From a virus, in IMG/VR virus record IMGVR_UViG_3300036770_006434, positions 32,001 to 96,000 of that record: a stretch of DNA of 64,000 nt; one strand, written 5' to 3'. A model generated the notes under the pieces. That model saw nothing but the letters and a program-made list of their open reading frames with translations. It searched no databases and was not told the origin of the DNA. This document shows positions 32,251 through 42,284 of the stretch, piece by piece; the first letter of the stretch is position 1, and each line of letters starts with the position of its first letter. Position numbers and translations under genes: made by a program.

Positions 32251-33264
32251 TCAATTGAAGTTCCGGGCTCTTCCGTCTTTGCTGAAAAACGCGGTGCAGC
32301 CGGGATAGTGGCGAGGCTCAATCTTGTGTCCCTCTTTCAATTTGGGCTTCAGCTCCTCCTTAGTAAATCCGCTCGCGGTAATTTCTCCGTTTTGGTCCAG
32401 CGCCACGAAGTAGTCCAGCGGCTTCCGCGCGGAACACATCCACATGGGGTTACCGTCCTTCTTGATACCTTCCCGACCGCACAGCCATTTGACATCCTCT
32501 TTGAATAGCGCGAGGTTATCGGCCACATTGGCTTCCGTAAAGTTGTCCACGCCAGCCTGTAGGCCAGTCAGGTAATACTCGAATCCCGTCAGTTCATCGT
32601 CCGTCATAGACGGCTGGTCCTGCCATGGGTTCTTGGGGAATTTGAGAAAAAGGAAGCGGAAGCGGCGGTTCTTGATGTCGGGATACAGGTGCTTGGCCGC
32701 GAGTTCGTAGATGATCTTCTGGATATTGAACGTCTCTTTTTCGCCTTTGAAAAAATCCTTGCTCGTTTTGAAATCCCTTAGTTCCAACAAGATACAATTC
32801 TCGCCCCTTACCTTGAATACCTGATCTATGAACCCCTTTACCCGGTATTTGCGCCCATCCGATGAGTCTACGGAAATCTCAAAAGCCTTTTCTGCTTCGG
32901 CCTCAAAAGTCCCTTTCGGTCCATGGAATTCGTTCATCAGGGCAACTAACATGAATCCGTCAATCGTTTCCATGTTCTTCGGGTCATTCACCCCCTTTTT
33001 CTTGGCATAGATATTGAGGAGACGCCATACAGCAGGAACCTCCCGGCAGGTCTGGTGCTGAATGATTTTATCGTATAGCCCCCGATGCTTCGGTTTAAGG
33101 AGCAGTTCCAGAGTATCATGCACTACCGTCCCGCGCGAGGACCCTTGGTTGCCGGGGTCCGGGATTTTCCACAGATACTTGGCGGCATACAGCTGGGAAC
33201 AGGTTTGAAAGGTATCTATCCGACTGGCGGAAAGGTAGACAGGCTTCTTGGTTGGCTCGCTCAT
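32251..33264 (-). CDS. PD-(D/E)XK exonuclease (RecB/Cas4-like)
   Basis: LSASRI..F.TC, G..VH, E, GFID, DFKTSK, terminal Cys residues. Confidence 0.85.
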   Translation of the reverse strand: MSEPTKKPVYLSASRIDTFQTCSQLYAAKYLWKIPDPGNQGSSRGTVVHDTLELLLKPKHRGLYDKIIQHQTCREVPAVWRLLNIYAKKKGVNDPKNMETIDGFMLVALMNEFHGPKGTFEAEAEKAFEISVDSSDGRKYRVKGFIDQVFKVRGENCILLELRDFKTSKDFFKGEKETFNIQKIIYELAAKHLYPDIKNRRFRFLFLKFPKNPWQDQPSMTDDELTGFEYYLTGLQAGVDNFTEANVADNLALFKEDVKWLCGREGIKKDGNPMWMCSARKPLDYFVALDQNGEITASGFTKEELKPKLKEGHKIEPRHYPGCTAFFSKDGRARNFN

Positions 33265-33533
33265 TTCCCAGCCTTCTCTTTGGTCTCGGTCTTTTTGGTG
33301 GCAGGCCCCTGCAATCTCTTCATTTCAATGTCGCGGACCGTCCGCTGGCGGTTTGACCAGAAGACCTTGGAATCCTCCCAGCAAAGGGAGTCCTCTTCCT
33401 CGATGCAGCGGGCCGCCGGGCAGTCCTCTATGTGGATTTCCTTTACCACCTTTTCGCGGTCCAACCAGACTTTGATGGCTAGGACGCCGGGTTGGATTTG
33501 AAAAGCGTCTGATATTACGGTGCCGCAGGTCAT
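33261..33533 (-). CDS. hypothetical protein
   Basis: 90-aa ORF, ATGA overlaps. Confidence 0.55.
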   Translation of the reverse strand: MTCGTVISDAFQIQPGVLAIKVWLDREKVVKEIHIEDCPAARCIEEEDSLCWEDSKVFWSNRQRTVRDIEMKRLQGPATKKTETKEKAGK

Positions 33534-34021
33534 GAGATAGCCTTCATAATGGAGTGGAACCAGCCGTTTTTCTCGGTATCCTCTTTGGACATGCAGGCAA
33601 GGATTTCAGCCGCTTTGCAAACTTTACCCTTCCAATGGGAAATGGAGTCATACTCCAAAACCTTAAACCCCTTGAACACGTCCGGCCGCTCTGCCAGCCA
33701 CTGCGCGCAGACCTTTTCCACTTGACTTGCTGATTTGCTGTCGGGAGTGGAAATGATGTAAACGAACTCACTGGCCATTACAATGTCTCGGGTGGACAGC
33801 GGCAGGCCGCGCCCGGCGGTAATTGGGTATACCGTGTAGGGAATCCCGTGTTCCAGAGCAAAGGAGGTAACCAGAGGATTCGCGCCGTTCGTGTAAATGT
33901 GGGAGATCACATCGGTCTTGTCGCCCAAGAGGTCGGGCAGGAACCCGGGATCGTCCAAGGACTTGGATGCTATCACACCGAGTTTGAATGTTTTGACGGG
34001 CTTGGGGTCGGATAGGCTCAT
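33530..34021 (-). CDS. SLOG/YspA-like protein
   Basis: KLGVIASK, IYTNGA, FALEHGIPY, DIV..SE pattern. Confidence 0.5.
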   Translation of the reverse strand: MSLSDPKPVKTFKLGVIASKSLDDPGFLPDLLGDKTDVISHIYTNGANPLVTSFALEHGIPYTVYPITAGRGLPLSTRDIVMASEFVYIISTPDSKSASQVEKVCAQWLAERPDVFKGFKVLEYDSISHWKGKVCKAAEILACMSKEDTEKNGWFHSIMKAIS

Positions 34022-34031
34022 GTTGGAAGGG

Positions 34032-34059
34032 ATTCTAGGTGATTTGCGGGGCAAGTCAA
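34032..34059 (-). promoter_or_regulatory. promoter TTGACT-N16-TAGAAT
   Basis: 10 nt upstream of the ATG at 34021. Confidence 0.6.
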
Positions 34060-34071
34060 GGATTTTTGGGT

Positions 34072-34593
34072 TCATCCAACGTATGGAATTTTTATCACGC
34101 CGAAACCGGCAAACTCTCTGGCAAAAACAGATATATCTATGCCAAAATAAGTTACAACACTGCCCTTAGTAACTCCCTTTTTCAAAGAACCATCCGGCAA
34201 ATAGTAATTCGTTCTGGGCGAAAGATAACACTGGGGGCGGCGCAAAAGAGGTTGAAACCACTGTTCTGATGTTGCCGCAAATGTAATGCAACACCCACAA
34301 ATAGCGCGGCCACTGTCATATTCCGCTTCGGCTTTGCGAACACACGGTCCATTCGTTTTTCTTCCAAACGGATGGTTCATCCAAAAGGCGGGCGTATTCC
34401 ATGGTTGATTCAATCCATCGTCTTCCAACGCAAAATAACGAGACGCTTTGACTCTGGTATTTGCCACAGCGGAAGAAAATGGGTCCAGCTCTATTTGTCC
34501 CATAACCCTGCGGGCGGCCTCCACGATTTCCTGTGGGGTATAATATTCCACATCGCCGCTGTCTGAATTGATTCTTTGATGATTTTCGTTCAT
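34072..34593 (-). CDS. phage DNA adenine methyltransferase (NHPF variant of the NPPF motif)
   Basis: EYYTP..IV..AR.VMG.I.LDP.S, DDGL.Q.W, WMNHPFG. Confidence 0.8.
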   Translation of the reverse strand: MNENHQRINSDSGDVEYYTPQEIVEAARRVMGQIELDPFSSAVANTRVKASRYFALEDDGLNQPWNTPAFWMNHPFGRKTNGPCVRKAEAEYDSGRAICGCCITFAATSEQWFQPLLRRPQCYLSPRTNYYLPDGSLKKGVTKGSVVTYFGIDISVFAREFAGFGVIKIPYVG

Positions 34594-34595
34594 AC

Positions 34596-35495
34596 TCAAG
34601 TCGTTTCTGTGATACGATTCAGTTGATTTTCCCACTCCACCCACTGCTCCTCGTTTTCAATGTCCAAAAAGTCCTTGGCCGGCGGCAGGATGACTCTGGC
34701 TACTTCCGGGAGAAAGAAATTGCTCAAAACCTCTTTGACCTTGGCGGCGGCTTTCTGGCCGGCGGCATGAGTTTTTCTGTCGTTGTTCAGGGCGATCACA
34801 ATGTCTGTGGGGTCCAGTTCTATCAGCTTTCCAAGAACGGCTTCCGACATATTGATGCCGAACAGAATGAGGGCTTGGGTATGGCCACGGGTAGCGAGCG
34901 CGAGCGAACAGCCAATGCCCTCTACGAGAATGGCCCGGCGCGTGGAGCGAATCTCCTCGGTATCTGCGCACACCCATTTGTCCACGGCACCTAAGTGCTT
35001 GTATTTCGGGCGCTTGAACTGTTTGCGCTCGGCTTCCGTCATGGTCATGACACAGCGACCGGAGAAGCCGTGAATCTCACCGTCCTCATTGAAAATCGGG
35101 AAGACATAGCGGTTCTTCATCTGCCCCTCGGTTGCGATACCTCCTTGGAAAGAGGCTATCACGGACTCGGGGATACCGCGCTTGACCCAGTAGGAGTGGT
35201 CTTTGATCAATTTATCCAACAGACTCTTGGGCCAAATCCTCTCGATGTCCGGCGGCGGGTCCTGTCTTGGGGTGAAATCGGGTAGACCACTAGAACCTTC
35301 GCCTGCTAACCGCCAAATCTCGCGCGAGTGCTCGGGACTCCTATCTACCGCGCAGCCGTAACGGCCATCTGCGGCTATGAACAAATGGTTTTTTCCATTG
35401 ATATCAGACCCCTGCTCAAAGCACTTGGGACAACGCCCGACCCAGTTTGACCCAACTTTCTTTAGTCCCTCTATTTTGTCCAGATTTAACGGCAT
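34596..35495 (-). CDS. DNA primase (Zn finger plus TOPRIM)
   Basis: CPKC, RYVFPI....G.I.GFSGR, PKYKH, LVEG, LNND. Confidence 0.85.
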   Translation of the reverse strand: MPLNLDKIEGLKKVGSNWVGRCPKCFEQGSDINGKNHLFIAADGRYGCAVDRSPEHSREIWRLAGEGSSGLPDFTPRQDPPPDIERIWPKSLLDKLIKDHSYWVKRGIPESVIASFQGGIATEGQMKNRYVFPIFNEDGEIHGFSGRCVMTMTEAERKQFKRPKYKHLGAVDKWVCADTEEIRSTRRAILVEGIGCSLALATRGHTQALILFGINMSEAVLGKLIELDPTDIVIALNNDRKTHAAGQKAAAKVKEVLSNFFLPEVARVILPPAKDFLDIENEEQWVEWENQLNRITETT

Positions 35496-35506
35496 ATTAG
35501 ATAGAC

Positions 35507-37039
35507 TTATAGCAGAGGTCCGCCGCCACTCGGGTCCGGCTGTGCTACGGGAATGCCCATAATCCTATTGCGTTCGACCAAATCGTAGAATGTCGGTGCC
35601 TGCTCACACTCATGGACATTGAAGGTGTCGAAATTGAACAGGAGGTAATTGTCGCAGAACCTGTCCTTCTTGCCGCCTTCTTCCCGGTATTTCACGAGGC
35701 GGTTCTTGTTCATGTCATCCGGCCCAAGGACACGGGTGACCAGCGGGAGGAGTCGGTGCGTGAATTTTACCCGCAAATCCGGGCACATCCTCATTCGATC
35801 CTCTGGCGACATCCTTTCCAAGAGATACACGTTTGAGGCGAACTGCGCGATCATGTCGGAACCACCGATGGCGGCGGTATTCTGGATGCGGGCACCGCCC
35901 TTGGTGTCCTCGTTTTCGCGGTTGGCCTGACAGAAGGTGAGGACTGGCAGATTGAGTTCCTTGGATAGATTCTTGAACGCCTCAATCTTTGCTCCAATCG
36001 ACAGGAATAGCGGGTTCTTGCTCGCGAAATCCGCAGTTCCGCTAAGTTTAATATAGTCAAGCACGATCAACCCCTTCTTCCCCTCTTTCAACGTTTTGAA
36101 GGCCCAGCGGCGGGCGACCGAAATCATGTGTTCAAGACTCTTGCCGCCGACGAAAACGTGGGAGACCCGGCCGGCGAGCGGAGCCAGCGCGGCTTCGGCC
36201 ATCTCCACTTTGCGGCGCATCTCGGGATTGTTCTTATACTTCTTGTATCGAATCAGATACTCCTTGACCCCGGACGCGGCGGCCAACGCGCGCGACTGGT
36301 TCTCCTCCTTGGTCAGCTCCGTGTCCAGAACGAGAGCGCGGAAATTGTCATCCTTGTCCTGCGCGGACAGTTGCCGCAGGGTGGACAGCCAAAACGTGGA
36401 TTTGCCCACCTTCATGCGGGAACACACCACTGTAACGCCCAAGTCCAAGGCTCCATACAGGTCATTCATGACCGGGAACGGCAGGGTTATGGCGCGCTTA
36501 TCGTATACCGTCTCCTGATTGAGAAAATCCCCGACCGTGCCGAACAGGTCGGACGGCTCATCCTCGTCCCGGCCCGACAGCAGATTGATCTTTTTATTGA
36601 AGATTTCCGTCGCCCGTGCCAGCAGTTCTGTAGACTTCAGCGGCTCACTCTCGCCATTGGGCACGTCTTTCCCGGTGAGATTCGCGATTTCCACGGCGGC
36701 TCCATGGATTTCGCGGCGGTTCGCGATCCGACGGAGTTCCCGCGCGATGGATAGAGTGGCCTTCTCGCTGACCGAGAGACCTTCAAGAGATTTGATATAG
36801 ACTCCCGGCTCGATAGAATCCGCTATCTTGATGCCGAGACTACTGAGGCGGTCGGAGAGGAGGTGAACGCTGAACTGGCCGCCGGAGGCCAGACAAGAGT
36901 CTATGCCAGACAATACAACGCGGTTCGTGACCGACAGGTCTTCGGGCCTTACGTGGGTGGTCTCAGCCCTTGTTTCCGGGTGCAGAATGGTGCCGGATAG
37001 GAATTTCTTTTCAAGGTCAATGTTGTAGAGATCGGCCAT
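35507..37039 (-). CDS. dnaB: replicative DNA helicase (DnaB family)
   Basis: R.KVGKST, LDTEL, IVLDYIK, Q.NR, GSD.I.Q.AS. Confidence 0.9.
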   Translation of the reverse strand: MADLYNIDLEKKFLSGTILHPETRAETTHVRPEDLSVTNRVVLSGIDSCLASGGQFSVHLLSDRLSSLGIKIADSIEPGVYIKSLEGLSVSEKATLSIARELRRIANRREIHGAAVEIANLTGKDVPNGESEPLKSTELLARATEIFNKKINLLSGRDEDEPSDLFGTVGDFLNQETVYDKRAITLPFPVMNDLYGALDLGVTVVCSRMKVGKSTFWLSTLRQLSAQDKDDNFRALVLDTELTKEENQSRALAAASGVKEYLIRYKKYKNNPEMRRKVEMAEAALAPLAGRVSHVFVGGKSLEHMISVARRWAFKTLKEGKKGLIVLDYIKLSGTADFASKNPLFLSIGAKIEAFKNLSKELNLPVLTFCQANRENEDTKGGARIQNTAAIGGSDMIAQFASNVYLLERMSPEDRMRMCPDLRVKFTHRLLPLVTRVLGPDDMNKNRLVKYREEGGKKDRFCDNYLLFNFDTFNVHECEQAPTFYDLVERNRIMGIPVAQPDPSGGGPLL

Positions 37040-37053
37040 TAAATCGGTTTGTT

Positions 37054-37875
37054 TCAGGCGGGATTCAGTATACCGCCGGCAGAGATTGTAAACTGTTGGG
37101 TGACAGTGGTTTCGTCATAGACCTGAGTGATCACACTCTTGGAGGGCCAGACAAAGGCGGAGAGCACCCCGTAACCGCGCTTAACGTAAGCTGCCCCGGT
37201 GTCTATCATGGCGTAACTGGGGGTTATTGCAACCTCTTTCTCGGGGGTATGGCCGAAAACGCGGAATAGGCCGTCATCTCGCTCATTTCCTGTAGCTGGA
37301 TCGCGGGAAAACGGGCCATCACCTGACCGATGACGACCCCACAGAGTCTGGAACCATTCCTCATGATCGGCGTTGAGGCCGTATCCGGTATGGCTTACCA
37401 TCAAGCGGCGGCCATTTTCGTCCAATTGATTGGAGGGATACAGGTAAGGTGGAAGTCCCTCCATCCAGTCCAGCACATCTTCCGGCGCCCTGCCGCCAAG
37501 GTGCCTGTCTCGTTCGCGCTCAATGCGTTTCGTCGGTGAGTCCAGATGCCTCTTGTCGATAATGGGCCAGTTACGCACTGCTTCGTCGCCGCCGTTGTCA
37601 AGCCAAACGCCATGAGCATACATCTCCGCACATTTGGCATCCCGGTTGTAGAACGCTAAGGCAAGCGATTCATGGTTGCCCATAACTGTGGGGATACCGT
37701 GCTTCATGGCCAACTCCACGACCGCGCGCGAATTGGGTCCACGGTCAATCAGATCGCCGCCAAAAACGATTTGGCTCTGAACCCTGATCTTGCCCAACAG
37801 ACGAATCAGGGTATTGATGCATCCGTGAATGTCGCTGATGCAAATTACTGGCAGATCGGTGTGCAAAGTGGTCAT
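37054..37875 (-). CDS. Ser/Thr-phosphatase-type metallophosphoesterase
   Basis: SDIHGC, GDLIDRGP.S, GNHE, SHTG, FGHTP, IDTGA. Confidence 0.9.
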   Translation of the reverse strand: MTTLHTDLPVICISDIHGCINTLIRLLGKIRVQSQIVFGGDLIDRGPNSRAVVELAMKHGIPTVMGNHESLALAFYNRDAKCAEMYAHGVWLDNGGDEAVRNWPIIDKRHLDSPTKRIERERDRHLGGRAPEDVLDWMEGLPPYLYPSNQLDENGRRLMVSHTGYGLNADHEEWFQTLWGRHRSGDGPFSRDPATGNERDDGLFRVFGHTPEKEVAITPSYAMIDTGAAYVKRGYGVLSAFVWPSKSVITQVYDETTVTQQFTISAGGILNPA

Positions 37876-38603
37876 GTAACTGCGTTGATTCCTTCCACCC
37901 TCTGTTGCGCTATGCGGAAGTAGGCTTCGTCCTGTTCGATGCCGATGTAGCGACGCCCCGTGTTCTTGGCGGCCAAACAGGTGGTGCCGGAGCCCATGGT
38001 GTTGTCTAGGACGACCTCTCCCTCGTTGGTGTAAGTGCGAATGAGGTATTCCATGAGGGCGACGGGCTTTTGAGTTGGGTGGACCTTATCTGCATCGTAA
38101 TCAAAGCTCAGCGTTAGGCGCGGGTAGTTTGTGAACTCCTGCATATTACTGTTGCCCGATTTACCAAAATTCCCTCCATTATGCCCTCGGCGAGTGACCT
38201 TGCCATAGGGGACAAGTCCTTGAGGATTATAGGTCGGCTGTTTACGGTAGAATACAAGGATGTCCTCGTAATTCTTCATCGGCATCCGCTTAGCGTTTAG
38301 GTGCCCTGTAGCGTTGCCCTTAATCCAAACCCAACTGTAGCGTAGGTTTGACGCGTTGGACGCTCCAAGGATACTGGTAAACGGTTGAGAGGCGGTAAAC
38401 ACCATCGCGCCATTCTGCTTGACGATACGATTGTATTGAGCCCAAAGAGGTTCAAGAGTGATTATGCTATCCCAAGTATTCTGGGTAGAACCATATGGGA
38501 GGTCACAGATAACCGCATCCACCGATCCATCAGGTATCCTCTTCATCATCTCCAAGCAATCACCCAAACACAGGGTATTTGGCAATATAGGATTATCAAT
38601 CAT
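37872..38603 (-). CDS. N6/N4 DNA methyltransferase (beta class)
   Basis: GDCLE, CDLPYG, HPTQKP..L, VLDNTMGSGTT. Confidence 0.92.
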   Translation of the reverse strand: MIDNPILPNTLCLGDCLEMMKRIPDGSVDAVICDLPYGSTQNTWDSIITLEPLWAQYNRIVKQNGAMVFTASQPFTSILGASNASNLRYSWVWIKGNATGHLNAKRMPMKNYEDILVFYRKQPTYNPQGLVPYGKVTRRGHNGGNFGKSGNSNMQEFTNYPRLTLSFDYDADKVHPTQKPVALMEYLIRTYTNEGEVVLDNTMGSGTTCLAAKNTGRRYIGIEQDEAYFRIAQQRVEGINAVT

Positions 38604-38616
38604 AGTAGACACGCTT

Positions 38617-39183
38617 TTACTTCCCCGTGCTCCCAAACCCGCCGCCACCTCTCGGGGTAGTGCCAATCTCATCGACCTCCGAGAAATTGATGTCATCCTG
38701 CAATTCTACCGGCACGATTTGTCCGATCCTTTCACCGGAATGGTAGATTTTCGCCATGTTCACGGCTCCGACCAGACCCCCGTCTACTACCGAGTAATCT
38801 TCCGGCTGCCAGATATACTTGAACCTAAGCAGGATTTCGCCGGAATAGGAGTGGTCTATCACCCCTACAGAATTGGCCAGCGCCAGATTGTATTTGGACA
38901 CGGAGGAGCGCGGGAATAACAGGGTCCAATACTTGCGGTAATACTTCATGCAAACGCCAATCGCTTGCCCCGGCACTTGGATGTAGGACATCATTTCGGG
39001 CCTATCCAGTCGGATTCCCGTCGAATACTCGATGTAATCCAACCTCTTCCAGCCGCCATTCGGGTAAGCCTCTCCCACGAATTTCGGCTCCTTCAGTGCG
39101 ACCAGATCGTAGCCGGAATCGTCGGGATTGGATTTGGCCGGGAGAATGGCGGCGGGTTCTTTTTTGAAACGGTATTGGGTCAT
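38617..39183 (-). CDS. dut: trimeric dUTPase
   Basis: DSGYDL, PRSSVSK, NSVGVIDHSYSGEI, RIGQ, RG.GGFGSTG. Confidence 0.92.
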   Translation of the reverse strand: MTQYRFKKEPAAILPAKSNPDDSGYDLVALKEPKFVGEAYPNGGWKRLDYIEYSTGIRLDRPEMMSYIQVPGQAIGVCMKYYRKYWTLLFPRSSVSKYNLALANSVGVIDHSYSGEILLRFKYIWQPEDYSVVDGGLVGAVNMAKIYHSGERIGQIVPVELQDDINFSEVDEIGTTPRGGGGFGSTGK

Positions 39184-39291
39184 AGAAAAATGTGGGGGTA
39201 TTATGGTTTTCGGGATATGGCAAAGCCGGGGTCAGACTGGACACCGTTTTTGCGGAATCAAGTCTAGTGACTTACCTCGGACAGTGTCGGG

Positions 39292-39319
39292 AGTATAGGG
39301 GATTTCCCGTTGCCGTCAA
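39292..39319 (-). promoter_or_regulatory. promoter TTGACG-N16-TATACT with GGGAAATCCC in the spacer
   Basis: intergenic, upstream of dut. Confidence 0.6.
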
Positions 39320-39352
39320 GTCAATTCTGTGACCGACTGACAGCGAATCCAT

Positions 39353-40591
39353 TCACTTCTTGGCGTAGTGGTAAAGGTGCGCCAGCAATCCGTCTTCCTT
39401 GTGGAAGAGGAATCCTTCCGCTGCCTTGATGTTGCCCACGTATCCTTGGCCAAAATGCCAGTAATCGTTGCCGGAAAGAGATGCAATAGTGCGTATTTTC
39501 ACGCCCTTTTCCTCAATGCAGGCTTCTCCGTGTCTGTGCCCCAGATGCCACTCGCGAAAAAGACACTGACCCCAGTCGCCGGGCCGCTCGGTCGCGCCCA
39601 AGAGTGGGAGGTCCTTCAACTTCTCCTTGTCGCCGTGAGTAAAGCCGATAATGACATTCCCATAGCGATAATATTTGCGCAGTGCGGGGGAGTTGTCTAC
39701 CGTGACCAGCGGATCAGCGTGAAACCAACATTCAAGCGCGTCTCCGAGGTGGAACATGGAATTTGAGTCGTGATTGCCCGGGCAGACAACGACATCGACC
39801 GGCGCAATGGTCTTGAGATATTCAACAGTCTCAACCAGTAACTTACGGCCATCGCGGAAGATACGCGAGAAACGGCTGTCGGCGTCTTGGCGGGTTCCGA
39901 GGGTCGTGGTCTGCTCTCCTGTGTCAATGTGCAGGTAATCGTTGCCGGCTGGAAACAGAATACGATTGATCTTCCCTTGGCGTTGGGCCTTGGCGACTAG
40001 TGAACGGATAGCTGTAGTATACCGGGCGGCGGCAATCTTACTGTCGTAGTTCTCACCGCAGTCCTCATCCCAGCCGAGTTTGCCGAAGTGAAGGTCCATG
40101 GCGGCAATCTCTAAGAGAATGTCGCCCTTATTGTCTTCCGGCAAAGCCTTGGACTGAAGCGGTTTTACAAACGCCTTGAACTCGGCCTTGAACTCCTCAA
40201 TCTCGGCCTTGGCCGAAACGGCGATGGGCTTACGAGAGAACCGCGCATTCCAACCAAACCCTTTGGCCCCGCGTCGGATAGAGAAGCCCCTGCTCTCGTA
40301 TTGCTCCGTGTCCACCCCGCACAACGCGATCACCTCGTCAAGGGTCGCGGCCTTGGAAGTCTCTACTTCGGCGTTGAATTCGTCTTCGGAACCGCCGCTG
40401 GTAATACCCCACTGGGATTCTCCCGCCTTCCAAAAGCCGTGGCGACGGTTCATTCTGGTCACGTTATCGGGATGCACATCCAAGCGTTTGACGAGCAATG
40501 CTTTGGCCTCCTCCCAAGTCTGGCAATCGGCCACCAATTCGCGTAATTCGGAAACAAGTTCTGGGGTATATACAGGTGATGCTTTGGACAT
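39353..40591 (-). CDS. metallophosphoesterase-fold protein with N-terminal HTH-like region
   Basis: DLHFG, GND..H.D, PGNHD, THGD, GHRH. Confidence 0.8.
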   Translation of the reverse strand: MSKASPVYTPELVSELRELVADCQTWEEAKALLVKRLDVHPDNVTRMNRRHGFWKAGESQWGITSGGSEDEFNAEVETSKAATLDEVIALCGVDTEQYESRGFSIRRGAKGFGWNARFSRKPIAVSAKAEIEEFKAEFKAFVKPLQSKALPEDNKGDILLEIAAMDLHFGKLGWDEDCGENYDSKIAAARYTTAIRSLVAKAQRQGKINRILFPAGNDYLHIDTGEQTTTLGTRQDADSRFSRIFRDGRKLLVETVEYLKTIAPVDVVVCPGNHDSNSMFHLGDALECWFHADPLVTVDNSPALRKYYRYGNVIIGFTHGDKEKLKDLPLLGATERPGDWGQCLFREWHLGHRHGEACIEEKGVKIRTIASLSGNDYWHFGQGYVGNIKAAEGFLFHKEDGLLAHLYHYAKK

Positions 40592-40710
40592 AATTTTTAA
40601 CAAGTATTGAGTATTGACTTACAACCGATGCGGCACGACGACGGTTACCGTAATGTTACACGTCGGAACCGACGGTTTCCCGTCGTCTCCTTGGTATAAG
40701 GATACCTGAT

Positions 40711-41130
40711 TCAAAGTGTGATCCCGTAGGTTTCCTCAAACCATTTCGGTGACATCAGGTCTATATCCTTCTCATTCAATTCCACGTAAGTGAAGCCTAT
40801 CATCTTGCACCATTCCTCTTTTTTCAAGTCCCGGTGGACGGCGGCGCTGAAACGGATACGATCCTTGTGAAAGAATTGATTGAAGGAATGGCTGGAAACC
40901 GGACTGACTTCCACCGCGATTTGGCGGGTCCAGTTGATGAGGTCCACTCTGAGCGGGCGCTTCCCGCAGCCGGGGATAGCGAACTCCTCGGACAGGACGT
41001 GGGACACCCAGTAGGGGCGCAGGAAGTCTTTGACTCTTTTCTGGGGTTTGGACACTTTTCGGTTCCAGTCCAGAGCGTAATCCGTCAGACAGACGGGGTA
41101 TTGGCGGCCGTTCAGACCGAGGACCTTCAT
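40711..41130 (-). CDS. restriction-like (Vsr/DUF559-type) endonuclease
   Basis: E.....LRVD......AVEV...H....FFH...RD..K..WC. Confidence 0.65.
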   Translation of the reverse strand: MKVLGLNGRQYPVCLTDYALDWNRKVSKPQKRVKDFLRPYWVSHVLSEEFAIPGCGKRPLRVDLINWTRQIAVEVSPVSSHSFNQFFHKDRIRFSAAVHRDLKKEEWCKMIGFTYVELNEKDIDLMSPKWFEETYGITL

Positions 41131-42275
41131 GTTTTGTCCGTGACCAGCTTGAGGAATTTGCCGAACAGGTAGCTAGACAGGGTCTTGTCGTCTTCCAGTA
41201 GTTTATAGAGATTGTCCACGCCCTGAATCTTTTCCGGCACTTCTACGCCGGTTTTCTCCAAGATTTCGGCGCGAATCTCTTCTGTGAAGCGAAACCACCC
41301 CCCAGTGCGCTGGACCATCTCCCACCCCATCATCAAATCAACAATTTCACGCTCCACCCAAACCGACGACGCGTTCTTGCGGTTATACTTGATGGGATAA
41401 CGGATTTCTGTCCCATACTTCTCGTTATTGCTCTTTACGATCTTGGCGCGACAGTAGTGGCCGATCACCTTGCCGGACTTTTCGCCGCCTTCCCGGATGA
41501 TGTCATCGTTGAATCGCGGCAGGAACTCCAGAACCCAGTCGCCGGCATGTTCCACGGCGTGACCACCGGAGGCACCGCCTTGTCGCGGCGGGGTCTTTTC
41601 ATATGGATTCAGCTTAATAGACTCGCGGACTTGGGAAATGAACCAACAGATGTGACCGCGCTTGGCCAAGGCCGCGCTGGTTTTCTTGAGGAAGACACTG
41701 GTCAAAAGAGACCCGCCAGCCACTTGCCCGGCCTGCTCCAAAGGTTTGGCCAAATCATCGCGTTTCGCCATCATGTCCAAGGAGTCGAGAATAAAGAAAT
41801 AGCGGGTGTTCTGGGGGTTGTTGCGGATCAATTCGCCCATGAGCCCGAAAACAGCCTCATACACATTGGACTCGAACACGAAACAGGTTCCGTCCACCCA
41901 CTTCTCGGAATCGGTGACAAATGTCACACCGGAACGCTCTTTGACCTCCTTGGACAAGCGGCCCTCGGCCTTGACGTAAAGACCCCTGTAACCATCGCCG
42001 TTTTGGAGGAAATGATGCATGAGGTCCAGAGTAAAACTGGTCTTGCCGCCGGCCGTGATCCCAGTGGCGCGGTGGGCGCCCGGGGTAATGCCGCCGTCCA
42101 TGTGAGCGGTAACCGTCAGGCTAGAGGCGCGGACGCGGTAATCATTGTCGTCTTCAAAGTTGTAGTGATCCGTTTTATTGGCCTTGAGAAAGGATGTTAC
42201 CTGCTGCTGGGGAGTGACTCCGTTTTCGGACGGATCAGTGTCATCAGCTTTATTCTTATTTGTGGTTTTTGCCAT
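41127..42275 (-). CDS. RecA/UvsX-like recombinase
   Basis: Walker A GITAGGKTS, ILDSL, ISQVR, GG.A..H, KIVK. Confidence 0.88.
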   Translation of the reverse strand: MAKTTNKNKADDTDPSENGVTPQQQVTSFLKANKTDHYNFEDDNDYRVRASSLTVTAHMDGGITPGAHRATGITAGGKTSFTLDLMHHFLQNGDGYRGLYVKAEGRLSKEVKERSGVTFVTDSEKWVDGTCFVFESNVYEAVFGLMGELIRNNPQNTRYFFILDSLDMMAKRDDLAKPLEQAGQVAGGSLLTSVFLKKTSAALAKRGHICWFISQVRESIKLNPYEKTPPRQGGASGGHAVEHAGDWVLEFLPRFNDDIIREGGEKSGKVIGHYCRAKIVKSNNEKYGTEIRYPIKYNRKNASSVWVEREIVDLMMGWEMVQRTGGWFRFTEEIRAEILEKTGVEVPEKIQGVDNLYKLLEDDKTLSSYLFGKFLKLVTDKT

Positions 42276-42284
42276 AGTGTAAAA

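Noticed and set aside
32251-33264. Cas4 as the adaptation module for the mini array
   Set aside because: It lies 20 kb away among replication genes, where PD-(D/E)XK exonucleases are routine in phages; there is no cas1/cas2.
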